From: a virus
Reading direction: 5' to 3' (one strand)
Virus record (IMG/VR): IMGVR_UViG_3300025732_000018
DNA length: 64,000 nt
The notes under the pieces: model-generated
The model's input: the letters and a program-made list of their open reading frames with translations, nothing else
What the model was told of the DNA's origin: nothing
The model's database searches: none
In this document: piece by piece, positions 45,872 to 54,259 of the stretch
How the letters are laid out: every line of letters starts with the position of its first letter
Position numbering within the stretch: position 1 is the stretch's first letter
Translations under genes and position numbers: made by a program

Positions 45872-46017
45872 CCTGTGCTTGTGACTGTCGCTTCGGCTGA
45901 CGTTTCAGACCAGATATACTCATGGCTGCTCGGGGGTTATGAGAAGAATTAAATCTGGGGCCGTCGTTATGACCGCCATGGATAGCCCGAGCCAATTTGA
46001 ATAGCTGAGAGGTAAAA

Positions 46018-46359
46018 ATGAGAGAATATATACCAGACAATTGGGTTATTTTTAAAATAATCAAAGATGGTTTTATAATATACAAAGTTCTTGGAGGTTG
46101 GTCTGGTGGTTATCTTCACGGCAGTTCTTGGCAAATGAACAGTGGAATTGTAGGTGTTACAGAAAACGCTTCTTATTATCACTTCAAAGGTTATTCTGGA
46201 TCACTATATAAATGCTCCAAAACATCGTATGGTATTCGTATGAATATCGCAGCAGTTGCGGATAATTTGTTGAAGAAATATCCCGATACAGTTACGTTAA
46301 TGTCTGAAGATACCAATTGGTTCGATTTGGATTTTAATACAAGTTTGGCTCAGAGTTAG
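46018..46359 (+). CDS. hypothetical protein (AT-rich insertion)
   Basis: PDNWV...YKVLGGWSGGYL-GSSW-MNSGI; visibly lower GC. Confidence 0.8.
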   Translation: MREYIPDNWVIFKIIKDGFIIYKVLGGWSGGYLHGSSWQMNSGIVGVTENASYYHFKGYSGSLYKCSKTSYGIRMNIAAVADNLLKKYPDTVTLMSEDTNWFDLDFNTSLAQS

Positions 46360-46419
46360 AGGGATTGTAGGTAGGACCTGTAATATAACCGCCAAGGCGA
46401 TGATTGACTGGGCAACCTT

Positions 46420-46538
46420 CATTATAACTGATGAACACTAGGCTATCATACCGATCCTCCGAGATCGTGACAACAGGCAAAGGTGGCGGGTACCACCGAT
46501 GCAGGATGGGAAACCCCCTAGTGTTCTTCTGTTATAAT
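46420..46538 (+). ncRNA. candidate structured RNA abutting tRNA-Tyr
   Basis: Long terminal stem CATTATAAC-TGATGAACACTAGG / CCTAGTGTTC-TTCTGTTATAATG enclosing small hairpins. Confidence 0.45.
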
Positions 46539-46623
46539 GGGAGAGTGTCCCGAGCGGCAAAGGGGGAGGACTGTAAATCCTTTGGCTAAGCCTGCGTAGG
46601 TTCGAGTCCTACCTCTCCCACCA
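46539..46623 (+). tRNA. tRNA-Tyr(GTA)
   Basis: CTGTAAA loop, variable arm, ACCA. Confidence 0.94.
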
Positions 46624-46641
46624 ATTCTAAGTGAGGTTGCT

Positions 46642-47439
46642 ATGGAAAATCGCTGCATCGTGTTCTCTATCAAGTGGGTGAACGTTCATAGTCTTAGAGA
46701 CAATGAGCACTATCACATGCTGCTGCACTCACTGAGAAGCATTAGAAAGCACAGTGACATAGACATAGTCGTCTATACCGACCCGATCGATCTTCTATTG
46801 GAGGATGAGCACCTTAGGGAAATCGCCGGCATCCAACTCATGGAGTTCGATTCGTCCAAGTTCAAGGTAGAGGGAGACCCGTGGCTGTGGGAGTGGTCAG
46901 AAGTCGTCCTCCATAAGTGGCCGAACTGTGTAGATCTGCTTCTCAATCATAGGTACGATCGCGTGTTCTTCAGTGACCCCGACGTTCACTTCTATCAGGA
47001 CCCTAACCGCATCTTCGACGCCTATACGGACCCGAGCAAGGTCTACATAAAGCGAGAAGACTGGGGTGCGGTCAAAGGGTTCAACGACGGGACGTTCATC
47101 TTGAGTCGCGAGGTTGCCGAGAAGCTGGTTGACTACATGACTCTCTATCCCCCCATCAGGGAGAAGATGATAGCCGACTATCGCGAGAGCAAGAAGTTTG
47201 ATCCCGCGAAGCTCAAGCAGTTTAGGTGGGTCACCTATCAACACGCTACTCGTTACATGTTTGACGAACTAGGAATAGAGGTCGAGTGGCTGGACAAGCG
47301 TTACGTCAGAAAGATGGATGACGAGCCAGGAGAGAACTGGGTCGATGAGTTCGTGACTGACGACCTCGTGGCGGTGCACTACTACAGACACCATGCCAGA
47401 AGGTTCGTGCCGTACTTCAAGTACAGGCAGAAGTTATGA
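46642..47439 (+). CDS. nucleotide-diphospho-sugar transferase (GT-A)
   Basis: SLRSIRKH, VFFSDPDVHF (DxD), FNDG-F, late HY. Confidence 0.72.
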   Translation: MENRCIVFSIKWVNVHSLRDNEHYHMLLHSLRSIRKHSDIDIVVYTDPIDLLLEDEHLREIAGIQLMEFDSSKFKVEGDPWLWEWSEVVLHKWPNCVDLLLNHRYDRVFFSDPDVHFYQDPNRIFDAYTDPSKVYIKREDWGAVKGFNDGTFILSREVAEKLVDYMTLYPPIREKMIADYRESKKFDPAKLKQFRWVTYQHATRYMFDELGIEVEWLDKRYVRKMDDEPGENWVDEFVTDDLVAVHYYRHHARRFVPYFKYRQKL

Positions 47440-47501
47440 CGGAATCGGTTGGTCGCGACAAATAGACCCGCCGGGAGCCACGGTCAGCTCCCAACAGTTT
47501 C

Positions 47502-47577
47502 GCCCGTATAGCTCATCAGGTAGAGCGCCTGTTTTGTACTCAGGAGGCGGTGGGTTCGAGTCCTGCTGCGGGCTCCA
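47502..47577 (+). tRNA. tRNA-Thr(TGT)
   Basis: CCTG-TTTTGTACT-CAGG; TCCA. Confidence 0.9.
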
Positions 47578-47582
47578 AGACT

Positions 47583-47658
47583 GGTCTCGTAGTATAATGG
47601 TCTATTATGCTCGACTGTCCATCGAGAGACGAGGGTTCGATTCCCTTCGAGACCGCCA
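47583..47658 (+). tRNA. tRNA-Asp(GTC)
   Basis: CTCGA-CTGTCCA-TCGAG; GCCA. Confidence 0.92.
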
Positions 47659-47666
47659 CTATATTT

Positions 47667-47743
47667 GCCTGGAGGGGGGTATTGGCTATCCCACCATCCT
47701 CATAAGATGGCTCAAGCTGGTTCGATGCCAGCTCTAGGCACCA
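47667..47743 (+). tRNA. tRNA-Met(CAT)
   Basis: CCATC-CTCATAA-GATGG; ACCA; unusual D arm. Confidence 0.82.
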
Positions 47744-47745
47744 AT

Positions 47746-47820
47746 CCTGCGCGTGGTGTAAAGGAAGCACGAGAGATTGTGGCTCTCTTAGCCCTGGTTC
47801 GATACCAGGCCGCAGGACCA
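47746..47820 (+). tRNA. tRNA-His(GTG), alphaproteobacterial type (A73, no G-1)
   Basis: AGAGA-TTGTGGC-TCTCT; ACCA; T at position -1. Confidence 0.87.
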
Positions 47821-47828
47821 ATATATAA

Positions 47829-47907
47829 CTGGGTGTAGCGTAGTCTGGTTTATCGCGCCTGATTTGGAGTCAGGAGATCGCAGGTTCGAATCCTGCCACC
47901 CAGACCA
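47829..47907 (+). tRNA. tRNA-Pro(TGG)
   Basis: CCTGA-TTTGGAG-TCAGG; ACCA. Confidence 0.94.
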
Positions 47908-48024
47908 GTTAGGGAGAGAGCGATGACTCTGAAGGAGTGGCTAGAGGTGCTGTTATACGTGGCGTGGATGCCACTGACGGTGCTCGCCGTCCTCGCGTTA
48001 TACATCTCTCTCCTCTTAGAATGA

Positions 48025-48098
48025 TGGGAGATAGTTTAACGGTAGAACAGTGGACTCTGACTCCTCTAGTCTTGGTTCGAATCCAGGTCTCCCAACCA
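48025..48098 (+). tRNA. tRNA-Gln(CTG)
   Basis: CTCTGAC loop; TGGGAGA/TCTCCCA; ACCA. Confidence 0.92.
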
Positions 48099-48099
48099 T

Positions 48100-48174
48100 G
48101 GTGCCTGAGTGGGACGGTAACGCACGGGACTGCAAATCCTTGAGAACCCGGTTCGACTCCGGGAGGCACCTCCA
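48100..48174 (+). tRNA. tRNA-Cys(GCA)
   Basis: CTGCAAA loop; U73 (TCCA). Confidence 0.9.
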
Positions 48175-48181
48175 AAGAATT

Positions 48182-48258
48182 GGTTCCGTAGCTCAACTGA
48201 AGAGAGCATCGCGCTACGAACGCGAAGGTTGAGGGTTTGAATCCTTCCGGGACCTCCA
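48182..48258 (+). tRNA. tRNA-Arg(ACG)
   Basis: TCGCG-CTACGAA-CGCGA; TCCA. Confidence 0.9.
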
Positions 48259-48287
48259 TTATATCATGCCAACAGAAGAGGTATATC

Positions 48288-48515
48288 ATGTTTTGGTATG
48301 TAATACTCGTAGTGATCAACGCAAACGGCACTGCAAACGCCACGACACACTATCCAAAGTCTCCAGCTTACAACAACGAGACTAACTGTCGCGAGTACGC
48401 CACTGTGTTGGCCGATAAGGTTCAACTTGAGAAGGGTACCAGCAACGCGAAAGTGTTCTGGAAGTGCGAGTCACTCTCGTACGAGACAATTGCTAAGACC
48501 CTCCCTCGTACGTGA
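48288..48515 (+). CDS. small secreted/membrane hypothetical protein
   Basis: GAGG SD, hydrophobic N-terminus, two Cys. Confidence 0.65.
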   Translation: MFWYVILVVINANGTANATTHYPKSPAYNNETNCREYATVLADKVQLEKGTSNAKVFWKCESLSYETIAKTLPRT

Positions 48516-48554
48516 AGTATAAATGTATAGTTAGAATCAGCGCAGAGAGCATCA

Positions 48555-49430
48555 ATGATCCTCATAACGTCGGCAGTCGAGACTTATCCTAGAAAGATAA
48601 TAGACTGCATCAAGAGCAGATCAAGGGTGCCGGCGATAGTAGTCAACCTCAAGAGAGACCCGCGCTTGCTCAGGAACTTGAACCCGAGTCTGACGCTAGT
48701 GCACTTCAGAGGAACTGGTTATAATGCCCTCACGCGCGACGGAAGGTTTGAGATCATAAACAGCCTCGAGTCGATCACCAACACGACGAGAAAACACTAT
48801 GGCCAGATGAAGGCTATCTCTCTCGGAATACGCAGTCCCGACACGGATCCACTTCCGATAGAAGGTGGAAGTCTAGCCGTCATAGAGTCGCGCGTCGCCG
48901 CTGCGTTCGAGAGTAGGGGATGGACTAGCTGCGTCATAAAGCCGTCGACGTCGCGCGGACAGGGCGTCTTCGTCCTGAAGCTAGAACGAGACACGTTTAG
49001 AGAGACGCTCATGGGTATCAACCTCGAGATACCGGAGTGGTTCATTCAGGAGACTGTCTCTTTCAAGAGACTAGTTCGAGTCATGACTATCGGAGGCAAG
49101 ATCGTCGAGGGGGCTGTAACTTACGACTACCCAAGAGACGGGAACTGGAAGTGCAGCGTGTGCATGAACCCACTAGCACTTCACGAGAGAGATCCAAGCC
49201 CGGAGCTTCTTGACTTCATACGGTTGATAACTCAGCGACTAACCCTTACAGACAGTCGAGGCATATCTTATATCGACGTCTTTGAGACCGAAAATGGATA
49301 CGTCTATAATGAGACTAATACTAGTTGCAACCTAGTGCATCAAGAGAGAATAACTGGAGTGCCTCTAGCAGACATGACTGCCGAGTACCTACTCGGTGAG
49401 CATGACAGGCATCTATCCAGGCGGCCGTAG
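48555..49430 (+). CDS. RimK-like ATP-grasp ligase
   Basis: VIKP---RGQGVF, FIQE, VRV--IGG, NWK, IDVFE--NGYV-NE-N. Confidence 0.82.
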   Translation: MILITSAVETYPRKIIDCIKSRSRVPAIVVNLKRDPRLLRNLNPSLTLVHFRGTGYNALTRDGRFEIINSLESITNTTRKHYGQMKAISLGIRSPDTDPLPIEGGSLAVIESRVAAAFESRGWTSCVIKPSTSRGQGVFVLKLERDTFRETLMGINLEIPEWFIQETVSFKRLVRVMTIGGKIVEGAVTYDYPRDGNWKCSVCMNPLALHERDPSPELLDFIRLITQRLTLTDSRGISYIDVFETENGYVYNETNTSCNLVHQERITGVPLADMTAEYLLGEHDRHLSRRP

Positions 49431-49495
49431 CTCAATGGTAGAGCAAGACGTTGCCAACGTTTAGACGAGGAGTTCGATTCTCCCCGGCCGCTCCA
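49421..49495 (+). tRNA. tRNA-Gly(GCC)
   Basis: TTGCCAA loop; TCCA; overlaps the ATP-grasp stop codon. Confidence 0.93.
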
Positions 49496-49500
49496 ATATC

Positions 49501-49578
49501 GCCCCACTAGCCCAACTGGTTAGAGGTGCTTGCCTTAGAAGCAAGAGGTTCTCCGTTCGAATCGGAGGTGGGGCACCA
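49501..49578 (+). tRNA. tRNA-Leu(TAG), short variable loop
   Basis: CTTGC-CTTAGAA-GCAAG, 5-nt variable loop, ACCA. Confidence 0.88.
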
Positions 49579-49597
49579 AACAAACTTACTAGCGTTC

Positions 49598-49674
49598 GGT
49601 CACGTAGCTCAGCAGGACAGAGCATCGGTTTCCTAAACCGAGGGTCGGAGGTTCGAGTCCTCCCGTGATCACCA
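49598..49674 (+). tRNA. tRNA-Arg(CCT)
   Basis: TCGGT-TTCCTAA-ACCGA; ACCA. Confidence 0.93.
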
Positions 49675-49689
49675 ACACAGGAGAGTCAG

Positions 49690-49911
49690 ATGGGTGGAGC
49701 AGCCTGGAACCCTAAGAACAAGACTCCGGAAGAACTTTTCCAAGAACTCGCGATAGATAAGCCAGAGTACTACGACCTAGAACCGCCGACTCTTGAGGAT
49801 TACAAGAAAGCTAGGTGGAACGAGCTCGTAAATAAGCCTAGCGGAATGGCGGCCAACTGGTCTTGGAGCATCAAGATTGAGCGAGAATATAAGGAAAAGT
49901 ATGGGGGTTGA
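49690..49911 (+). CDS. hypothetical protein
   Basis: AGGAG SD. Confidence 0.65.
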   Translation: MGGAAWNPKNKTPEELFQELAIDKPEYYDLEPPTLEDYKKARWNELVNKPSGMAANWSWSIKIEREYKEKYGG

Positions 49912-50109
49912 CATTATTTTAGATCTATGATACTATCTAAAAATGATGATTTGAAAGGATAACGGCATGCTTCTTACTGACATCTACCGCGAGTTTCGGA
50001 CCCTCAACACCTCCACCGAGCGGGTCGAGTACCTTCGCACCCTCCAGACACTCAACCTCCACTTCGACATCAACTACGACAACCTCATCGAGTACTGGTC
50101 CACACACTG

Positions 50110-50928
50110 ATGCGTCCTACAGTAAAGTACGCGGTTCAGGCCTGCGACAAGTTCTCTAACCAGAACCAGAAAAGATACTGCGGCGACGACCGGCTTCTTC
50201 TGTGTAAGAAGTCGATCACGTCGCTTCTGTCGTCCATTGAGAACAGCCTCGACGAACATCAGAACCATGGACCGCTTCATGTGGTTCGCATATTTAACGA
50301 TCGATCCTCGTACGAGTATACTCAGTTCATGGCTGCAGCCGTCCGGAGATTCTCGTCGATGAACCTCATAGTAGAGGTCGTCAACACTAAGAAACCTGGA
50401 ATCATGCAGTCGATTCGCGAGTGCTACGAGTGGCTCATCGAGGGAGCCTCGGCGCTGGTGTACCAGGTACAAGACGACTATCTCTTCCGTCACGACGCTA
50501 TCTACCAGATGATAGACATATTTCGTCAGGTGAAGTTCGCGGTGAACACTGAGCCGGTCATATCTTCCTACAATGACCCATGGCTGTTCTTGAACAGCGA
50601 CTCATACGCGTATCGTCCGACGCCGAGGACGATCATTCCTGGAGCGAGACAGTACTGGCTTCAGTACTACGACATGAGCTGCTCGTTCATGACTAGCCCT
50701 AAGGTCATCAAGGACAACTACGATCTGATCGAGAAGTTCCTGTCTCTCCCACCGAACGGCGACGATCAGAAGAGACTCGAGTCTATCTCTCTGAACTACA
50801 TGCTCACACGGCGCGGAGTCCTTGGCCTCATGCCGTTCAGCTCGGTCGGTCTGCACATGCAGGCTGAGACTGAGAAAGATCCATACATAGACTGGAAGTC
50901 TTGGTGGGACTCAGTCGAGGAGATCTAG
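50110..50928 (+). CDS. GT2-like glycosyltransferase
   Basis: IFNDRSS, VYQVQDDYLF, late H. Confidence 0.68.
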   Translation: MRPTVKYAVQACDKFSNQNQKRYCGDDRLLLCKKSITSLLSSIENSLDEHQNHGPLHVVRIFNDRSSYEYTQFMAAAVRRFSSMNLIVEVVNTKKPGIMQSIRECYEWLIEGASALVYQVQDDYLFRHDAIYQMIDIFRQVKFAVNTEPVISSYNDPWLFLNSDSYAYRPTPRTIIPGARQYWLQYYDMSCSFMTSPKVIKDNYDLIEKFLSLPPNGDDQKRLESISLNYMLTRRGVLGLMPFSSVGLHMQAETEKDPYIDWKSWWDSVEEI

Positions 50929-50931
50929 GGA

Positions 50932-51933
50932 ATGAAGAGACTGCTGGTAAGTGGAGGAGCCGGTTTCATCGGCCATCACTTTATCGATTACGTGCTTAGA
51001 GTCACAGACTGGGAAGTGATCAGTCTAGACAGACTAGACTTTTCAGGTAACTTAAATCGGTTGAGCGACGTTCTCAAAGATGATCCAAACAGAACGCGTG
51101 TGAAGATCGTGTTTCACGACCTTCGAGCTGAAGTCAACGAGCACACGAAGAGTTTAATTGGAGACGTTGACTACTTCGTTCACATGGCAGCTGCTTCTCA
51201 CGTAGATCGTTCTATAGAAGATCCAATGTCGTTTGTTCAAGACAACGTCGTAGGAACTTGCAACGCTCTTAACCTGGCTAGAAAGCTCGACCTAGAACGG
51301 TTCATATACTTCTCTACTGACGAGGTGTTTGGTCCAGCTCCAGTCGGAGTAGACTATGAGGAGTACGATCGTTATAACTCTACCAATCCATACTCGGCCA
51401 CCAAAGCCGGCGGTGAGGAGCTAGCAGTAGCCTTTAGAAACACCTATGATCTTCCGATAGTCATCACGCATACCATGAACGTCTTTGGAGAGCGACAGCA
51501 TCCCGAGAAGTTTATACCTTCTTGCATCAAGAAGATTCGAGACGGAGAGACTGTCACCATTCATAGCGATAAGACTAAGACTGTTCCAGGAAGCCGCCAC
51601 TACATACACGCTGCGGACGTCGCTGAGGCCGTCATGTTTATCTTGGGTCTAGATGACAGCTCTTTGAAAACGGTATGTCCCAAGTACAACATCGTTGGAA
51701 AGCAGGAAATAAATAACCTTGAGCTAGCAGAGATAATAGCCGCGGCTCAAGAAAAGACTCTTAGCTATGAGATGGTTGACTTTCACTCCTCTCGACCCGG
51801 CCACGACTTGAGGTACAGTCTGAGCGGTGAGAAGATGAAGTCCCTAGGATGGGAACCTAAGATAGACCTCACTGATAGAATAAAGCAAGTAGTTGATTGG
51901 ACGCTGGCGCGTCCAGATTGGATGATGAAATGA
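50932..51933 (+). CDS. rfbB: dTDP-glucose 4,6-dehydratase (RmlB/RfbB-like)
   Basis: GGAGFIG, HMAAASHVDRSI, STDEVFG, PYSATKA, QHPEKFIP, RPGHDLRY. Confidence 0.92.
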   Translation: MKRLLVSGGAGFIGHHFIDYVLRVTDWEVISLDRLDFSGNLNRLSDVLKDDPNRTRVKIVFHDLRAEVNEHTKSLIGDVDYFVHMAAASHVDRSIEDPMSFVQDNVVGTCNALNLARKLDLERFIYFSTDEVFGPAPVGVDYEEYDRYNSTNPYSATKAGGEELAVAFRNTYDLPIVITHTMNVFGERQHPEKFIPSCIKKIRDGETVTIHSDKTKTVPGSRHYIHAADVAEAVMFILGLDDSSLKTVCPKYNIVGKQEINNLELAEIIAAAQEKTLSYEMVDFHSSRPGHDLRYSLSGEKMKSLGWEPKIDLTDRIKQVVDWTLARPDWMMK

Positions 51934-52607
51934 AGAGATGCATATTTGCCGCTTACAACTTTCAAGTAGACCCTCGCTATCCAGAGCTTCACTTCAGGGT
52001 CTGCGACAAGCTAAAGACAGAAGACATCGACTATATGCCCCTGCGCTACGACAAACCTGACGGACAGGTAGTTCACTGGCAGGTGCTTGACTACGCTCTC
52101 CCCGAGCTGTTCTACAAGAGCGGGTACGACAGCGTGATGGTCCTCGACCTCGACTGCATTCCTCTCTCGCGTGATGCCTTGATCGACACCTTTAAGTCTG
52201 CCGAAGCCGGAGCCCTCGTCGGAAACGCGCAGAGGTCAAACCACATCGAGAACGACCAGCACGTATACGTCGGGTCTTCTTGCTTCACGCTAACGCGCGA
52301 CTTCTACGAGAAGATGGGTAAGCCATCGACCGGCCTCACTTACAGATCTGACACGATCGAGGAGTTCACCTACGCCTGTGAGGAGAAGAGTCTTCCAGTA
52401 GTGAAGTACATGCCTGAGTCTTACGAGGCTATTCCCTACAGACAGAGCGAGCCATGGAAGCTAGCCGATGGAATGCCGGAGTATGGCATTGGAACTACTT
52501 TCGTCGACGTCGACAAGAGACATATGTTCTATCACTTGTTCGAGTCTCGGTATCATGGTAACATTGGAAAGTTCATTGCAAAATGCGATACGATCTTGAA
52601 GCGATAA
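51930..52607 (+). CDS. putative glycosyltransferase (GT-A)
   Basis: VMVLDLDCIPL DxD motif; in the sugar cluster. Confidence 0.62.
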   Translation: MKRCIFAAYNFQVDPRYPELHFRVCDKLKTEDIDYMPLRYDKPDGQVVHWQVLDYALPELFYKSGYDSVMVLDLDCIPLSRDALIDTFKSAEAGALVGNAQRSNHIENDQHVYVGSSCFTLTRDFYEKMGKPSTGLTYRSDTIEEFTYACEEKSLPVVKYMPESYEAIPYRQSEPWKLADGMPEYGIGTTFVDVDKRHMFYHLFESRYHGNIGKFIAKCDTILKR

Positions 52608-53149
52608 TTCGAGGGGCTACCCTTGAAAGAGTTAACGACTTCCCATACGAGAAGATCGCCCCCCTAATTAACTCATTTAGACACTTTGATGGAGTCTATG
52701 CTCCTCCAGGTCGAGAGCACTACAGACTCTTGTCATACCTAGCTTCTCATTTTAACGGTGACGTTCTCTACGACGTAGGGACGTGGACAGGTCTATCGGC
52801 CATCTCAATGGCTACGAACCAGAGCAACCGCATAATCTCGTACGACATAGGATTCTTTATTGAGGTTAACCGTCCAGAGAACGTCGAGTTTCGTATCGGT
52901 GACGTGTTCAACGAGAAAACTATCTTCGAGTCGCCCTTCATATTCGTAGACGTCGACCCGCACGACGGCATCTTCGAGAAGCTGTTCATCGAGCATCTCA
53001 GGAAGAACAAGTACAAGGGTCTAGTCGGCTTCGACGACATCCACCTCAACGAGGAGATGCGCGAGATCTGGGCCAGCATCACCGAGAAGAAGTTCGACCT
53101 CACCGAAGTAGGACACTGGTCTGGTACCGGACTGGCTATCTTTGAATGA
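52583..53149 (+). CDS. class I SAM-dependent methyltransferase (likely sugar O-MTase)
   Basis: YDVGTWTGLSA, IFVD-DPHDG, FDDI. Confidence 0.78.
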   Translation: MRYDLEAIIRGATLERVNDFPYEKIAPLINSFRHFDGVYAPPGREHYRLLSYLASHFNGDVLYDVGTWTGLSAISMATNQSNRIISYDIGFFIEVNRPENVEFRIGDVFNEKTIFESPFIFVDVDPHDGIFEKLFIEHLRKNKYKGLVGFDDIHLNEEMREIWASITEKKFDLTEVGHWSGTGLAIFE

Positions 53150-53742
53150 TCTCTATCGTAGTTCCCTATCTCTCGAGCTCAAGGTATATCGACTACCTCA
53201 AGCTCAAGCTTGAAGAGAACACTAGCCATGACTACGAGCTCATAGAGATAGTCGACGAGAAAGACGTCTACTACGCGTACAACCGCGGAGTGTACCAGGC
53301 GAAGTACGACAGCGTTGTCCTGATGAACGACGACATGGTCCCGGCTCCGAACTGGGACATGTTCTTCGCACCGATGATAGCGCCGGGAGTGGTAGTAACC
53401 GGCCACGTCGTCGAGCCGGATCCCGGATCTGTAACTAGAGGCAAGGGATTCTTCTCAAACATAAAGTACGACTGCGGTCGGACCATCGACGAGTTCGACT
53501 ACGAGAAGTTCGTAGAGTTCGCCGAGAGGTACTCGAAGAATCAGCCCGACATGTCTAGCGGCTTCGGCTGGTACATGCCGGTCGGATTCCACAAGTCGAC
53601 GTTCGTGTCGTACCCGAACCTGAAGAAGTTTCCGTACCCGAACGACATCCTGCTTCTTGACGACATCCTTCCGTCGCTGGGCTACAGGTTCGGTCGGGCG
53701 AACTCTCTCTTCTATCACTTTCAGAGCAAGTCGTGGAAGTGA
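53146..53742 (+). CDS. GT2 glycosyltransferase
   Basis: MISIVVP, AYNRGV--AK, LMNDDM, YHF. Confidence 0.8.
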   Translation: MISIVVPYLSSSRYIDYLKLKLEENTSHDYELIEIVDEKDVYYAYNRGVYQAKYDSVVLMNDDMVPAPNWDMFFAPMIAPGVVVTGHVVEPDPGSVTRGKGFFSNIKYDCGRTIDEFDYEKFVEFAERYSKNQPDMSSGFGWYMPVGFHKSTFVSYPNLKKFPYPNDILLLDDILPSLGYRFGRANSLFYHFQSKSWK

Positions 53743-53758
53743 GATATATAGAAGGCAC

Positions 53759-53832
53759 GCTCCTATAGTTAAATGGCATAACGCGTCCTTGGTAAGGACG
53801 TATCCCAAGTTCGATTCTTGGTGGGAGCACCA
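53759..53832 (+). tRNA. tRNA-Thr(GGT)
   Basis: CGTCC-TTGGTAA-GGACG; ACCA. Confidence 0.93.
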
Positions 53833-53890
53833 TTCTAGTTGACAATATTCTTTGTTCGTGGTATGGTTATATCTTAATGGAGAGAGTGAC

Positions 53891-54151
53891 ATGAGCAAGA
53901 GACTGTATATGGTCGAGATCCTTACCACGTTTCGAAACTCGTTCGCCATCGAGGCCGAGTCCTCTAAGGTAGCCGAGGATCTAGCAATGACCGAGTGTGT
54001 CGACGGATTCAGTCAGCTCCACCTAGGGGATCAACTCTACCGAACGAGGGAGATCACCGAGGAAGAGTACCTGAGGACGTTCGACGGCGACAACGACTAC
54101 CTGTCTAGTATACCGACTGAAAGAAAGTTGAGCTACATCCTCAAATCTTAA
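53891..54151 (+). CDS. hypothetical protein
   Basis: GGAG SD; TTGACA promoter upstream. Confidence 0.7.
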   Translation: MSKRLYMVEILTTFRNSFAIEAESSKVAEDLAMTECVDGFSQLHLGDQLYRTREITEEEYLRTFDGDNDYLSSIPTERKLSYILKS

Positions 54152-54164
54152 TATATAGAAATAT

Positions 54165-54239
54165 GCGGGCGTGGTATATTGGTGGTGCCTCAGCCTTCCA
54201 AGCTGATGAGGACCGGTTCGATTCCGGCCGTCCGCTCCA
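54165..54239 (+). tRNA. tRNA-Gly(TCC)
   Basis: TCAGC-CTTCCAA-GCTGA; TCCA. Confidence 0.93.
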
Positions 54240-54259
54240 TCTACTCTGAGATAAATCCA

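Noticed and set aside
45557-46017. tmRNA or RNase P RNA
   Set aside because: I could not find the tRNA-like acceptor/T-arm ends of tmRNA or the conserved P4 sequences of RNase P RNA.
46427-46515. Hammerhead ribozyme (CTGATGA...GAAA)
   Set aside because: CTGATGA lies within the long closing stem, and the three-stem junction with an NUH cleavage site cannot be built.
43296-48343. ORF-track entries overlapping tRNA genes (e.g. 43296-43553, 44807-45043, 45080-45382, 47393-47737, 47540-47821, 47909-48343)
   Set aside because: They are translations of tRNA sequences or their antisense, with no SD or protein-like features.
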